Positions 11,782-23,770 of a stretch of 64,000 nt of DNA are shown in pieces. The translations under genes and the position numbers were made by a program. Source of the DNA: Octopus vulgaris (Eukaryota); contig OX597835.1 in NCBI GenBank assembly GCA_951406725.2, positions 40,672,001 to 40,736,000 of the forward strand, written 5' to 3'. The notes beneath the pieces are model-generated. The model searched no databases. It saw only the letters and a program-made list of their open reading frames with translations, and had not been told where the DNA came from. Within the stretch, counting starts at the first letter, position 1. Every line of letters begins with the position of its first letter.

Positions 11782-13073
11782 CGAGGAACGTTCAATAAGT
11801 AATGTCCCTGACCCACTTGTAGTTGTTTGATCTAGCTGAAACTTTGCATGTGCAATTATTTATATCTCTATAGATTAAGTGGCAAATTACAGCTCTGAAC
11901 TAATTGTGGTTTCTGATTTACCGGTGTTTGAACTGAGTCAAGTGTGAAATGGAGACTATTGAGTGTCGAGCAGTGATCCGATTTTTGTATTTGAAAGGAC
12001 GCACACCACGGGGGACTTTTGATGAAATGAAAGTAACTTATGGTGATGATGCCCCATCATATGACCTTGTAAAACGCTGGCATCGGGAATTCAAACATGG
12101 TCGGAACTCTGTGGAAACAACTCCCAGATCTGGTCGCCCCCTTCTGCCATTGATGAGGCATCAGTCCGTCAAGTTGAGGCTGCCATTTTGGAAGATCGAC
12201 GCATAACTATTCGCCAAATAGCCCATGAGGTCAAGATTAGTACCGGGTCTGTGGAAACTATCATTCATGACCATTTGCATATGCAAAACGTGTCTGCCAC
12301 ATGGATTGCCAGGTTGCTCACATCTTTCCAGAAGCAAGAACGCGTCGAGTGCTCGAGGATGAATTTGGAGATGTGCCAAGAAGACGAGTCAAAATTTTTC
12401 AAAAGGCTGATTACACAGGATGAAACCTGGATTCATCACTATGATCCAGAGACCAAAGCCCAGTCAATGCAGTGGAAGCACCGTGACTCACCTCCTCCCG
12501 AAGAAGGCAAGGGTGCAGCCCTCTGCTGGCAAGGTCATGCTCACAGTCTTCTGGGACCAGAACGGAGTAGTGATAACAGATTTCCTGGCAAAGGGTACCA
12601 CAATTACAGGGGCCTATTATGCTTCACTTTTGAGGAAATTAAGAGAAGCTATCAAAATCAAAAGGTGGGGCAAGATCAGCAAAGGCATCCTCCTCCTGCA
12701 GGACAACGCTCTGGTCCACAACTCGCTTGTCGCCAGATCAGAAGCACAGTCGTGCAGCTATGAACTCCTCCCCCAACCCCCTACTCTCCTGACCTTGCAC
12801 CCTCTGATTTTCACCTCTTCCCAGCCATGAAGTTGTTTTTGAAAGGAAAGCGTTTCCCAGATGATGCAGCCTTGATTTCTGAAGTCATGTCGTGGTTGGA
12901 GGACTAAACTGGGGTCTTCTACAAAAATGGTCTCCAGAGCTGCATCAAACAATGGGAGAAATGCGTAACGCTGGGTAGTTCCTATGTAGAAAAAGACTAA
13001 TACCTGTGCCAAGTTTCGTTGCTCTACTGCTATGGGAAGTGGGTCAGGGGCATTACTTATTGAACGCCCCTCG
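11782..13073 (+). mobile_element. Full-length mariner (DD34D) DNA transposon, 1292 bp
   Basis: TIRs CGAGGAACGTTCAATAAGTAATGTCCCTGACCCACTT / AAGTGGGTCAGGGGCATTACTTATTGAACGCCCCTCG; TA on both sides. Confidence 0.95.
11949..13000 (+). pseudogene. Mariner transposase broken by about 3 frameshifts
   Basis: RSGRP, ITQDETWIHHYDPE, LQDNA and YSPDLAPSDFHLF motifs; 34 residues between the last two Asp after frame correction; frameshifts near 12140, 12497 and 12780. Confidence 0.92.
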
Positions 13074-13366
13074 TATATATGATTGTCATGACTGGAAAGC
13101 CTTTGATCTCCACTCGTGTAAGCCAACAAAGGAAACTTTCTTGTAGTTGCTTGTTCTGCAAGAAACAGCAGCCAAATCAGCTAAAAGCATGCTATACCAT
13201 CATAAAAACCTGGCAGGTCACATCTGATAATGTGGACATATATAAACTATTATGTCTGAATAAAATTACAAGATGATCATGAATAAAATGCCTTGGACCA
13301 CTGGTCTGTCCAGTTGGAGCTGACCTGGGGCTAAACAACAATGGCAAGAACAACAAGAGAACTTAC

Positions 13367-13501
13367 TTTCAGATGGGAACAAATTTCACATTAAAGGTCC
13401 AGCAGGAGCAGCGGCGGCGGCAGCAGCAATAGCAGCAGCGGCACTTTGAGCAGCTAATGAAAGGAAGGAAAAGAAATACTGAACCAGGAGGACACCAAAC
13501 T
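13367..13501 (-). other. Candidate non-coding (5' UTR/alternative) exon
   Basis: T-rich tract + TAACAG acceptor, AAA|GTAAGT donor; 135 nt, GC-richer than flanks, stops in all three frames. Confidence 0.5.
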
Positions 13502-13742
13502 CTGTTACAACAAACAAACAAACAAACATACACTTTTCTTTTTTTTTTACTTGTTTCAGTCATTTGACTGTGGCCATGCTGGAGCACCACCTTTTAGTCG
13601 AGGACAAATCGACCCCAGGACTTATTCTTTGTAAGCTTAGTACCTATTCTATCGGTCTCTTTTGCCGAACTGCTAAGTTGCGGGGACATAAACACACCAG
13701 CATCAGTTATCAAGCGATGTTGGGAGGACAAACACAGACACA

Positions 13743-13799
<57 letters not shown>

Positions 13800-13897
13800 C
13801 AATAATACATTGATTGTTACTTATCAGGAACAAAAAGTTTAATAGGACTGCTATAGAAGTGCTCAATTGAAAGAGACAAATATATCAAACTAAGGTT

Positions 13898-14775
13898 ATA
13901 GAACAAACAAATGCAAGGTCATCCGCATAACATTTCATAATTCGAACATTTAATCCTAGAATATACATATAAACATCCCGCAAGATAGAACATAATTCAT
14001 CTGTACAAGCATATAAGAAAGTGCGAGAAAAAAGTTCATCACGGTTTAGAGTTAATACTTTAGCGGTTCAGAAAAATATATTTTTTTTAAAAAACATTAC
14101 AACACCTAGAAAGTAAAAATATAATATAAAGTAATATATAAAAATATATAGGTATATAAAAATATATATATATATATAGGAAGCATATAAAAAATATATA
14201 ATATATATCATGTAATATATATCATGTATATATATATCATTCTTATATACTCTTCACTCTTTTACTTGTTTCAGTCATTTGACTGTGGCCATGCTGGAGC
14301 ACCGCCTTTAGTCGAGCAAATCGACCCCGGGACTTATTCTTTGTAAGCCCAGTACTTATTCTATCGGGGTCTTTTGCCGAACCGCTAAGTGACGGGGACG
14401 TAAACACACCAGCATTGGTTGTCAAGCAATGCTAAGGGGACAAACACAGACACACAAACACACACACATACATATATATATACATATATACGACAGGCTT
14501 CTTTCAGTTTCCGTCTACCAAATCCACTCACAAGGCATTGGTCGGCCCGGGGCTATAGCAGAAGACACTTGCCCAAGATGCCACGCAGTGGGACTGAACC
14601 GGGAACCATGTGGTTGGTTAGCAAGCTACTTACCACACAGCTACTACTGCGCCTATATGCTTGTACAGATGAATTATGTTCCATCTTGCGGGATGTTTAT
14701 ATGTATATTCTATGATTAAATGTTCGAATTATGAAATGTTATGTGGATGGCCACCTTGCATTTGGTTTGTTCTAT
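13898..14775. repeat. Inverted repeat with ~118-bp arms (13898-14013 / 14656-14775)
   Basis: Arms are reverse complements with few mismatches; spacer contains AT-rich DNA and a family A SINE. Confidence 0.9.
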
Positions 14776-14795
14776 GTGCCACCGACACAGTTTGG

Positions 14796-14828
<33 letters not shown>

Positions 14829-15344
14829 ATATATATGACAGGCTTCTTTTAGTTTCTCTCTACCAAATCCACTCACAAGGCTTTGGTCGGCCCAAGGCTA
14901 TAGTAGAAGACACTTGCCCAAGGTGCCATGTGGTTCGTAAGCAAGCTACTTACCACACAGCCACTCCTACGCCTATATATACATATATACATACATATAT
15001 ATATACATATCCGTCCAACCCATGCTAGCATGGAAAACAGACGTTAAATGATGATGATGATGATGATGATGACATAGAAACAAGTATGTCTGGTGGCTGT
15101 CAATTGTGACCATCCCTGTCAAATGACCTTATCCTAAATATCAAAGACAATGGCTGACAGCAATGCTCATGTTGAAATTCAAAGCAACAGCTTCCAGAAC
15201 GTGACAAGGACTCACACCTCCAATCCAAATAGCTGTGTCTGGCATAAATATCTTCACCACAGCTGAATAATAAATAACCAGTCTGCAGTTGTTTTATTAT
15301 TTTGCAGCAGTGAAGACCCTTATATACTTTTCATATGGCAACAG

Positions 15345-15657
15345 GAGGCACATGGCCTAGTGGTTAGAGCAGCGGACTCGCGGTCGAGGGATCACGGGTT
15401 CGAATCTCAGACCGGGCGATGAGTGTGTTTATGAGCGAAAACACCTAAGCTCCATGTGGCTCTGGCAGAATGTCATGGCGAACTTCTGCTGACTCTTTCG
15501 CCACAACTTTCTCTCACTCTTTCTTCCTGCATCTTGCAGCTCACCTGTGACAGACCGGCATCCCGTCCAGGTGGGGAACCTATATGCCAAGAAACCGGGA
15601 AACCAGCCCTTATGAGCCAGGCATGGCTTCAGAAGGAACAAACAAACAACAAACAAT
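15345..15657 (+). mobile_element. tRNA-derived SINE family D with (AAC)/(AACA) tail
   Basis: A-box TGGCCTAGTGG, B-box GGTTCGAATC; second copy at 58892-59180. Confidence 0.8.
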
Positions 15658-15879
15658 ATGGCAACAATAATAAAATGGAATATAACTGCCAATGTGAGAA
15701 GACCATGTGGGACGCAGTGTTCTTGAGCAAAACACTTCATTGATGGAAGGAGCGCGCTAATGTATGGTACGTACATTTGACCCCTATAAACAAATCACTT
15801 GTGCAGGCCATTCAGCAAAAGCTGAATTCTCATATATCATCTTCAACAAGTTCATCACACACACACATCTGTATACTTA

Positions 15880-17219
15880 CGAAGTGGTATCAAAAGGTTC
15901 CCAGACTAGTTATGTTTGATAGAAAATAACTTATTTACCCTTCAAAATAGTCACCTTGTGCAGCAATACACTGGTCCCAGCGTTCCTGCCACTTTTGGAA
16001 TCTGGCCTGGAAATCATTTTCTGAAAGTGATTTGAGGACCTTCTGCAATTTGCTCTGGATCTCAACAAACAGTGTTGAAACAGTAACCTTTAAGATGCAG
16101 TTTCATCTTGGGGAAGAGTCCAGAAGCTGGCTACCCGCATGGTTCATGGTCTCAAAAATTTGTCCTACGAAGAAAGGCTGAGGACGCTCGACCTTTATTC
16201 TCTTGAAAAACGCCGCCGCCATGGTGATCTCATTCTCACCCACAACATCATAAGCGGAAAGTGTAACCTCTCGAAAGAGCTGTTCTTCACTCCTGCTCCA
16301 GAGCGTCGGCTGCGGGGTCATTCCGAAAAGCTCTACCTGCGACGATTTCATCTCAATTGAAGGAGAGGAGCTTTCTCCGTCCGGGTTGCGGATCCGTGGA
16401 ACAAGCTGCCAGACGAGATGGTGAAGATGCCGACGACCGCTTTGTTCAAAGCCTCCCTTAACCTCAAGTGGCCTGAACTCTTTACATGAACACCACCCTG
16501 TACTTAACTCCATGTCCCCCTACATGGCCTTGCTATTTGCTTTTGAGCCAAATTAACTAACTAACTAACTAACTAAGAGATGGAAGTCTGCAGATACTAA
16601 ATCTGGCGAATAGGGTGGGTGCGGAAGTGATACCATGTTGTTTCTGGTGAGAAACTCACAAGTGAAGAGGGCTCAGCAACAGAGGGAATTGTTGTTGTAA
16701 AGAATCCAATTCTTTGCATGTCACAGATCCAGTTGTTTCTGCCAAATGTCCTCCCGCAAATTCTTCAAAACATTGCAGTAAAAATCTTGATTGACAGTCT
16801 GGCTCTGAAGGACAAATTCTCCATGTACAATAAATACCACATATCCAGGAGTGATGCTTGTGGTATGTCTTCCAGATTTCTTATCATCTTCCAGGGATGT
16901 TCTGCTTTTGAAGTGCCCATGCTACTTGCAACATTGGATACAACCCATTGTCCTGTCATCGTAAACTTCCTGAAACATGCTCAATGTGTCTGTAGCTGAC
17001 TTCTCAAGTTTAACGCAAAATTCCATATTGAATACAACATACATATGATCACAAAAACACAAATTTCACAATTTGTGAAGTAAACACAATGATGTCACTC
17101 AGCACACTGGGTCACGGAGGTCACTGATAGCTCTTACTGTTCACACAGTAAGAGCTATCAGTGCTGCCATCTGTTGGCATGCTTCGGAACTAGTCTGGGA
17201 ACTTTTTGATACCACCTTG
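15880..17219 (-). mobile_element. Degraded mariner-like element carrying a nested LINE
   Basis: TIRs CGAAGTGGTATCAAAAGGTTCCCAGACTAGTT / AACTAGTCTGGGAACTTTTTGATACCACCTTG, TA flanks; decayed transposase-like interior. Confidence 0.8.
16125..16576 (+). mobile_element. CR1-like LINE 3' fragment with (TAAC)n tail
   Basis: LSYEERLRTLDLYSLEKRRRHGDLILTHNII...LRGHSEKL. Confidence 0.85.
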
Positions 17220-18058
17220 TAGGTCAATGATGCCAAATTGAATTTGCTACAAACTGTTAGCAATTCCATCATACATGTTTGTAAAGGTGTTGTTTATATA
17301 TGTATGTGTGTTTGTTTGCACGTGTGTGTGTGTGCGTTGCATGTGTGTGCTTATGCTTACAGGTGTAAAACTGGTACTGTGCCAGAAAAAAAAGAAAAGA
17401 AAAGAAAAGAAAAGAAAAGAAAAGAAAGAAAACAAGAAGCTTGACCTAGTGCTTCAATAAATACAGAGTGACATAATTTATAAAAATTCAAGACAGTCCC
17501 CCAAGTGTGGTTGCTGTCTGCTTCCACCCACATGGTTCCAAGTTCAGTCCCACTGTATGGCACCTTGGGCTAGTGCATTCCACTATAGCTTCAGATGATC
17601 TGGTAGAGAGAAACTGAATGAAATGTGTGTGTGTGTGTGTGTGCATTTGATCCTCACCATCTCATGACAACCGGTGTTGGTGTGTTTACATCCCTATAAT
17701 TTAGTGGTTCAGCAAGAGAACCCAAAAGAATAAGTACCAGGATTAGGGAAAAAATAAAGAAGTACTGGGGTTGGTTCATTTGAGTAAACTTCTTCAAGAC
17801 AGTGGCCCCACAAGAAAATAAGATATGTGAGGGGGGTCCTGAAAAGTTCCTGGCTTTAAGGGTTTTGTGAAAGGCCTGACTGGAGGCCCAACTTTCCGAG
17901 TTCTTTTTTCAGGGCTTAGAAAAACTGAAGGACCACTGCAATGAGTATGTGAATCTGGGAGGGGAATATGTTGAACAAAATCATAGCCAACTGATACTCC
18001 TGTAGCTTCTTTTACTCAAAGTCAGGAACTTTTCAGCACCCCCTCATGTATATATAAA

Positions 18059-18118
<60 letters not shown>

Positions 18119-18318
18119 TCTTTACTCTTTTCTCTTTTACTTGTTTCAGTCATTTGACTGCGGCCATGCTGGAGCACTGCCTTTAGTCGAGCAACTCGAC
18201 CCCGGGACTTATTCTTTTTGTAAGCCCAGTACTTATTCCATCAGTCTCTTTTGCCGAACCGCTAAGTGATGGGGGACGTAAACACACCAGCATCGGTTGT
18301 CAAGCAATGCTAGGGGGA

Positions 18319-18364
<46 letters not shown>

Positions 18365-18534
18365 CATATATACGACAGGCTTCTTTCAGTTTCCGTCTAC
18401 CAAATCCACTCACAAAGCATTGGTCGGCCCGGGGCTATAGCAGAAGACACTTGCCCAAGATGCCACGCAGTGGGACTGAACCCGGAACCATGTGGTTGGT
18501 TAGCAAGCTACTTACCACACAGCCACTCCTGCAC

Positions 18535-18631
<97 letters not shown>

Positions 18632-19022
18632 CACACATACAGGCACAGAAATACACAAATTTCCCATCCGTTCACTTTGCCAAGCTGGCATGGACAGGAG
18701 GAAGTGATTTATTAAATCAATTGCTGTTTGTTTCCTTTTGCTACAGTCGGCTGCTTCTAGCCGGACTATTAATGACTCAAATATACATAAAATGCTGTAG
18801 AAGCAGAGGCGGCAGCAGTAGCAGCGGTAGCAGCGGTAGTAGTAGCTGTGGCTGTGGAAAATTAAGCTATATTGCCCCAGGAGTTACAACGTAATGACTC
18901 ACATAAAACCATGTGACCAGCAGATTAACCTTACAGCCATTGGGGTGTATCTAAACATATACACACAGAGATGTGTGTGTGTGTGTGTGTGTGTGTGCCT
19001 CTGTGTGTGTGTGTGTGTGTGC

Positions 19023-19095
<73 letters not shown>

Positions 19096-19777
19096 GGCAT
19101 GCGTGTGTGTGTGTGTCCTGGTTTTCAGTACACCATTTCGCTGTGTACTGTAAGAGGCAATTAAAAGGGGGGGTTGCCATCAGGAAGGGCATCCAGCCGT
19201 AAAAATTTTGCCTCAACTAGTCACATCCAACCCCATACTAGCATGGAAATTTGGACTTAAAAAGCAACAATGATGATGTAGACGATATATATATATATAT
19301 ATAAAGGAGTTTGCCTGTCAAATTTGTCTCAACACCCAGTATTGAGTACTTTCTTCAGTAAATGCTGGTTGTTATTTATCAATTAAATTGTTCTGTATTT
19401 CCTTTTATCCAAAGCCGGGAACTTTTCAGCACCCCCTCATGTATATATAAAATACAAACACACACATATACAGAGACACAGAAATACACAAATTTCCCAT
19501 CCATTTACTTTGCCAAGCTGGAATGGACAGGAGGAATTGGTTTGCTAAATCAATTGCTGTTTGTTTGCTTTTGCAACAGTCAGCTGCTTCTAGCCAGACT
19601 ATTAACGACTCCAATATAAATATGCTGGCAGGAGTTGGATTGGACATGTTGAAGTTCCCTACCACTTAGACTGTATAATGGATTAGCTGTTAGAAATTGG
19701 CTGTGTTCAGTTTGGGGTGTTTCAGTGTCTTTGTGTATGTGACTTGCACATACATGGCGATTGCCTCATCTTGTCAC

Positions 19778-20346
19778 ATGTAGGGTTGTGGCTGATCGGC
19801 ATAGGTGACCGTCTGGAAGGGATGTTCTTGTCGCTCCTTTCTGCCAATGGGTAGCCCGCCCGCTTGCCGGTGCAAGATCGACTCTACATGGCTGACGCGT
19901 CCCCGAATCTCTGCCGCCACACCACCCGCCTTTCAGACGCTGTGTTTGCCTGTCTTTTGACGCCTGCGTTTGCCCACCTTCGCCCACCTGTTGACGTCCA
20001 CCTTTGCTCGCTCGTATGTAGGGCTGTGGCTGATCGGTATAGGTGACCATCTGGAAGGGATGTTCTTGTCGCTCTTTTCTGCCAATGGGTAGCCCCCCAC
20101 TTGCCGGTGCAAGATCGACTCTACATGGCTGACACGTCCCCGAATCTCCGCTGCCACACCACCCGCCTTTCAGACGCTGTGTTTGCCTGTCTTTTGACGC
20201 CCGCCTTCGCCCACCTGTTGACGTCCACCTTTGCTCGCTCGTATGTAGGGCTGTGGCTGATCGGTATAGGTGACCGTCTGGAAGGGATGTTCTTGTCACT
20301 CCTTTCTGCCAACAGGTAGACCCTGCTTACCGGTGCAAGATCGACT
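19778..20346. repeat. GC-rich tandem repeat, ~230-bp unit x2.4
   Basis: ATGTAGGG unit starts at 19778, 20016 and 20243 (periods 238 and 227). Confidence 0.92.
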
Positions 20347-20704
20347 GGTTTACTTTCATCCATGCATGTGCACGGATACGATGTCTCACCATGCATCCAT
20401 TGCCATAGGACTTTATAAAATTCAAAACACATCAAGAAATGAAATGATAGCAAAACATCAGGACATCACTGGATTCAAGTCACAAAAGCTTGTACACAGA
20501 ACTTTTGCCACTTTCTTGGTCACCACACAAGGTTCCAGTGACAAGCATTGCAAGGTGACTGCTACTGTTTTGACTGCAAATCTTATGTCAGATTATCTTA
20601 TCCCTAGAATTGCTGCCTTCCACATGGCTTTGTGAAAAGTAACAGGAGCTTCTTCTATCTCTGGGAAATCCATTTGACCCATAGATGGGATCCTGACAGA
20701 TATT

Positions 20705-21120
20705 ACCTATTTCTTTACTACCCACAAGGGGCTAAGCACAGAGAGGACAAACAAGGACAGACAAACGGATTAAGTTGATTATATCGACCCCAGTGCGTAA
20801 CTGGTACTTATTTAATCGACCCCGAAAGGATGAAAGGCAAAGTCGACCTCGGCGGAATTTGAACTCAGAACCTAGCGGCAGACGAAATACCTATTTCTTT
20901 ACTAACCACAAGGGGCTAAACACAGAGGGGACAAACAAGGACAGACAAATGGATTAAGTCGATTATATCAACCCCAGTGCATAACTGGTACTTATTTAAT
21001 CGATCCCGAAAGGATGAAAGGCAAAGTTGACCTCGGCGGAATTTGAACTCAGAATATAGCGGCAGACAAAATACCGCCAAGCATTTCGTCCGGCGTGCTA
21101 ACGTTTCTGCCAGCTCGCCA
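20705..21120 (-). mobile_element. SINE family B dimer with 17-bp TSD
   Basis: TSD TCCTGACAGATATTACC at 20691 and 21124; other dimers at 26146-26550(-), 26672-27060(-), 37496-37912(+), 47420-47834(+), 53793-54208(+). Confidence 0.9.
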
Positions 21121-22165
21121 CCTTCCTGACAGATATTACCATTCCAAGTCAGAACAGACCTGGGAATAATGGTAACTCCATGCTCCCTACAACTCCAGAA
21201 CTCCCAAGCTGGAGCCAAACCACTGGATGCAGTTTAATGTCATACACACATACATATGTTTGCACGTATATATATTTGTGTGTGTGTGCATATTAGTATG
21301 TGTGTGTGCATGTTTGTATGTGTATGTATCTGTATGTGATTGTGCATGTTTGCCATCATCATCATCATCATCATCGTTTAATGTCCACTTTCCATGCTAG
21401 CATGGGTTGGACGATTTTGACCGAGGGCTGGCGAACTAGATGGCCACACCAGGCTCCAATCTTGATCTGGCAGAGTTTCTACAGCTGGATGCCCTTCCTA
21501 ACGCCAACCACTCCAAGAGTGCAGTGGGTGCTTTTTACGTGCCACCGGCACGGAGCCAGTCAGGTTTGTGTGTGTATGTATTTGTGTATGTGTGTATGCA
21601 TGCATGTTTGTGCATGTTTGTGTGTGCGCGTATGCTGCCATTTCCACTTTTCACATGAAATCATCTGAATCAAAGAAGTATTGCCATGTCTGCAATTCTT
21701 GTGACAATTGCATTCCATACTTGTGAAACAAGTAAAAGGATGCCAACAAGAAGTGTATCTGGCCAATGTACTCCTCTGACCAATGTCAACATAGGAAAAT
21801 GGATGTAAAATGAATAAACACTCCAGTAGATATCTGCTATGTGTATATATATATATATATATATATGTATTTATTTATTTATTTACTACCCAAAAGGAGC
21901 TAAACACAGAGGGGACAAACAAGGACAGACACACGGATTAAGTCGATTATATCGACCCCAGTGCGTAACTGGTACTTACTTTATCGACCTCGAAAGGATG
22001 AAAGACAAAGTCGACCTCGGCGGAATTTGAACTCGGAACGTAACAACAGACGAAATACGGCTACGCATTTTGCCCGGCGTGCTAACGTTTCTGCCAGCTC
22101 GCCTATATATATATATATATACACACACGTACACACAAACACATGCCAATAAAATCCACACATGC

Positions 22166-22230
<65 letters not shown>

Positions 22231-22526
22231 TAGATAGATAGATAGATAGATAGGGAAAGAGAGGGAAAGGGGAGAGAAGAATGAGAAAAAGAGAGTGAGA
22301 GAGAGAGAACCCCCCTCCCCGCACGCACACACATACACACAAATACACGCCCAATAGCAGTGGTAGAAGATCAAGTGGTTAAGTCCATCTAAGCTGTACA
22401 GATATAAAGCAGGTGTTTGTGTCAGCCAACTGCTGGCCTAAATCTACTCAAATGAACTAATGTTGCACTGTCAGCTGATCTGTATGGAGCAGTGCTTTTG
22501 AGGATTCCAGCTGGGACCACATAGCT

Positions 22527-23002
22527 ATGATGATGAGGAGGAGGAGGAGGAGGAGTAAGAGGATGGCAATGAAGATGATAAGGATGATAATGAAGATAAT
22601 GTGAACAGAAGGGATGACGACGATAATGAAAGTACTAATGATAACGACAACGATGACTATAAAGATACGATGACTATAAAGATATGAGGGTGAGGAAATT
22701 GATGATAATGTTGATGAAAAGGATAATGATGATGATGATGGTGGTGGTAATGATGATGACAAAAGTACTGATGATGCTGACAACAGTGATGACAATGATA
22801 TCGACAATTAGTGAAGATTGTGATGGTGAAGTAATAATGATAGTTTTGATGATGATGATGATGATGATGGCACTGATCAAGATAACGATGATGATAATAT
22901 TAAAGATGGTGATAGCATTAATAATAATGATGATGATGACAGCATTGATGATGCTATTATTATTGCTGATAATGATTATAATATTGATGATGATGATGAT
23001 AA
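22527..23002. repeat. Degenerate (GAT)n low-complexity tract
   Basis: Direct inspection. Confidence 0.9.
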
Positions 23003-23098
23003 CAAACACATAGTTTGTATCCAAATGGGCCCAGTGGTGTTAATAAGTTTTATTCCTAACGATACCAGCAACTGAATGGTTTCTGGTTTCAAACTCAC

Positions 23099-23171
23099 TG
23101 TGCGGCACCTTCCAAAGAATTGTCTACCACTGCGTAAAAGTTCAATCACAGTCTTTGGAAGACAAGAAACT
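23099..23171 (-). other. Weak candidate exon
   Basis: CTGTCTTTTAATCAG acceptor and CA|GTGAGT donor around 73 nt of unique sequence. Confidence 0.25.
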
Positions 23172-23399
23172 CTGATTAAAAGACAGTTTCTGTTTAGCGG
23201 GAAATGGGGTAGACTTAATCTTCTGCCCCCACCCACCCCGTTTTAAAATCACCTTCACCACCATCATCACGACAACCCCTAGCACCACTTACCATCGAGT
23301 CTCCTTTAGCAGAGGTCTTCAGTTTAAATTCCCTCCCTCCCTTCCTTTCTTCCACTAGTCTTGCAGGCCCCGAGAAAGATTACAGAGGCAGCATTTACA

Positions 23400-23770
23400 T
23401 CTATATATATAAAGCTGAAGTTGTCTGTGTGTGGCAGGTTTGGTAGCCTTCTACTAACACTATCTCCTCCAAGACCCTGCAGAGCAAGTAGACCAAAATT
23501 GAGAGTATGATAGAAGGCTTGCTCTTAATTCCATAGAAGATAAAATTCAAATTGGACTATGTTAAAACCAAAAATTATTTACATCAAAAAGGTGTTTTTT
23601 TTCTATGAAAATCCATATTTTTTATAATTTTTTTACTGCTGTGTCGCCATTTTTCGGTGTATTTCAACCAGAAAAATGTTCACTTAAAGAGATGCAAAAT
23701 TTTTACTTTTCAAAAATTCCAATTCTAAAGGGTCAAAACAAACCCAAGCAACGATGGGCAATACTGCTAG
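23400..23770 (+). mobile_element. Non-autonomous Helitron-like element
   Basis: A|TCTATATATATAAA start, subterminal CCCAAGCAACGATGGG hairpin remnant, CTAG|T end. Confidence 0.7.

Noticed and set aside
15345-15417. tRNA gene
   Set aside because: tRNA-like head without a proper acceptor stem, continuing into a SINE body that is repeated at 58892.
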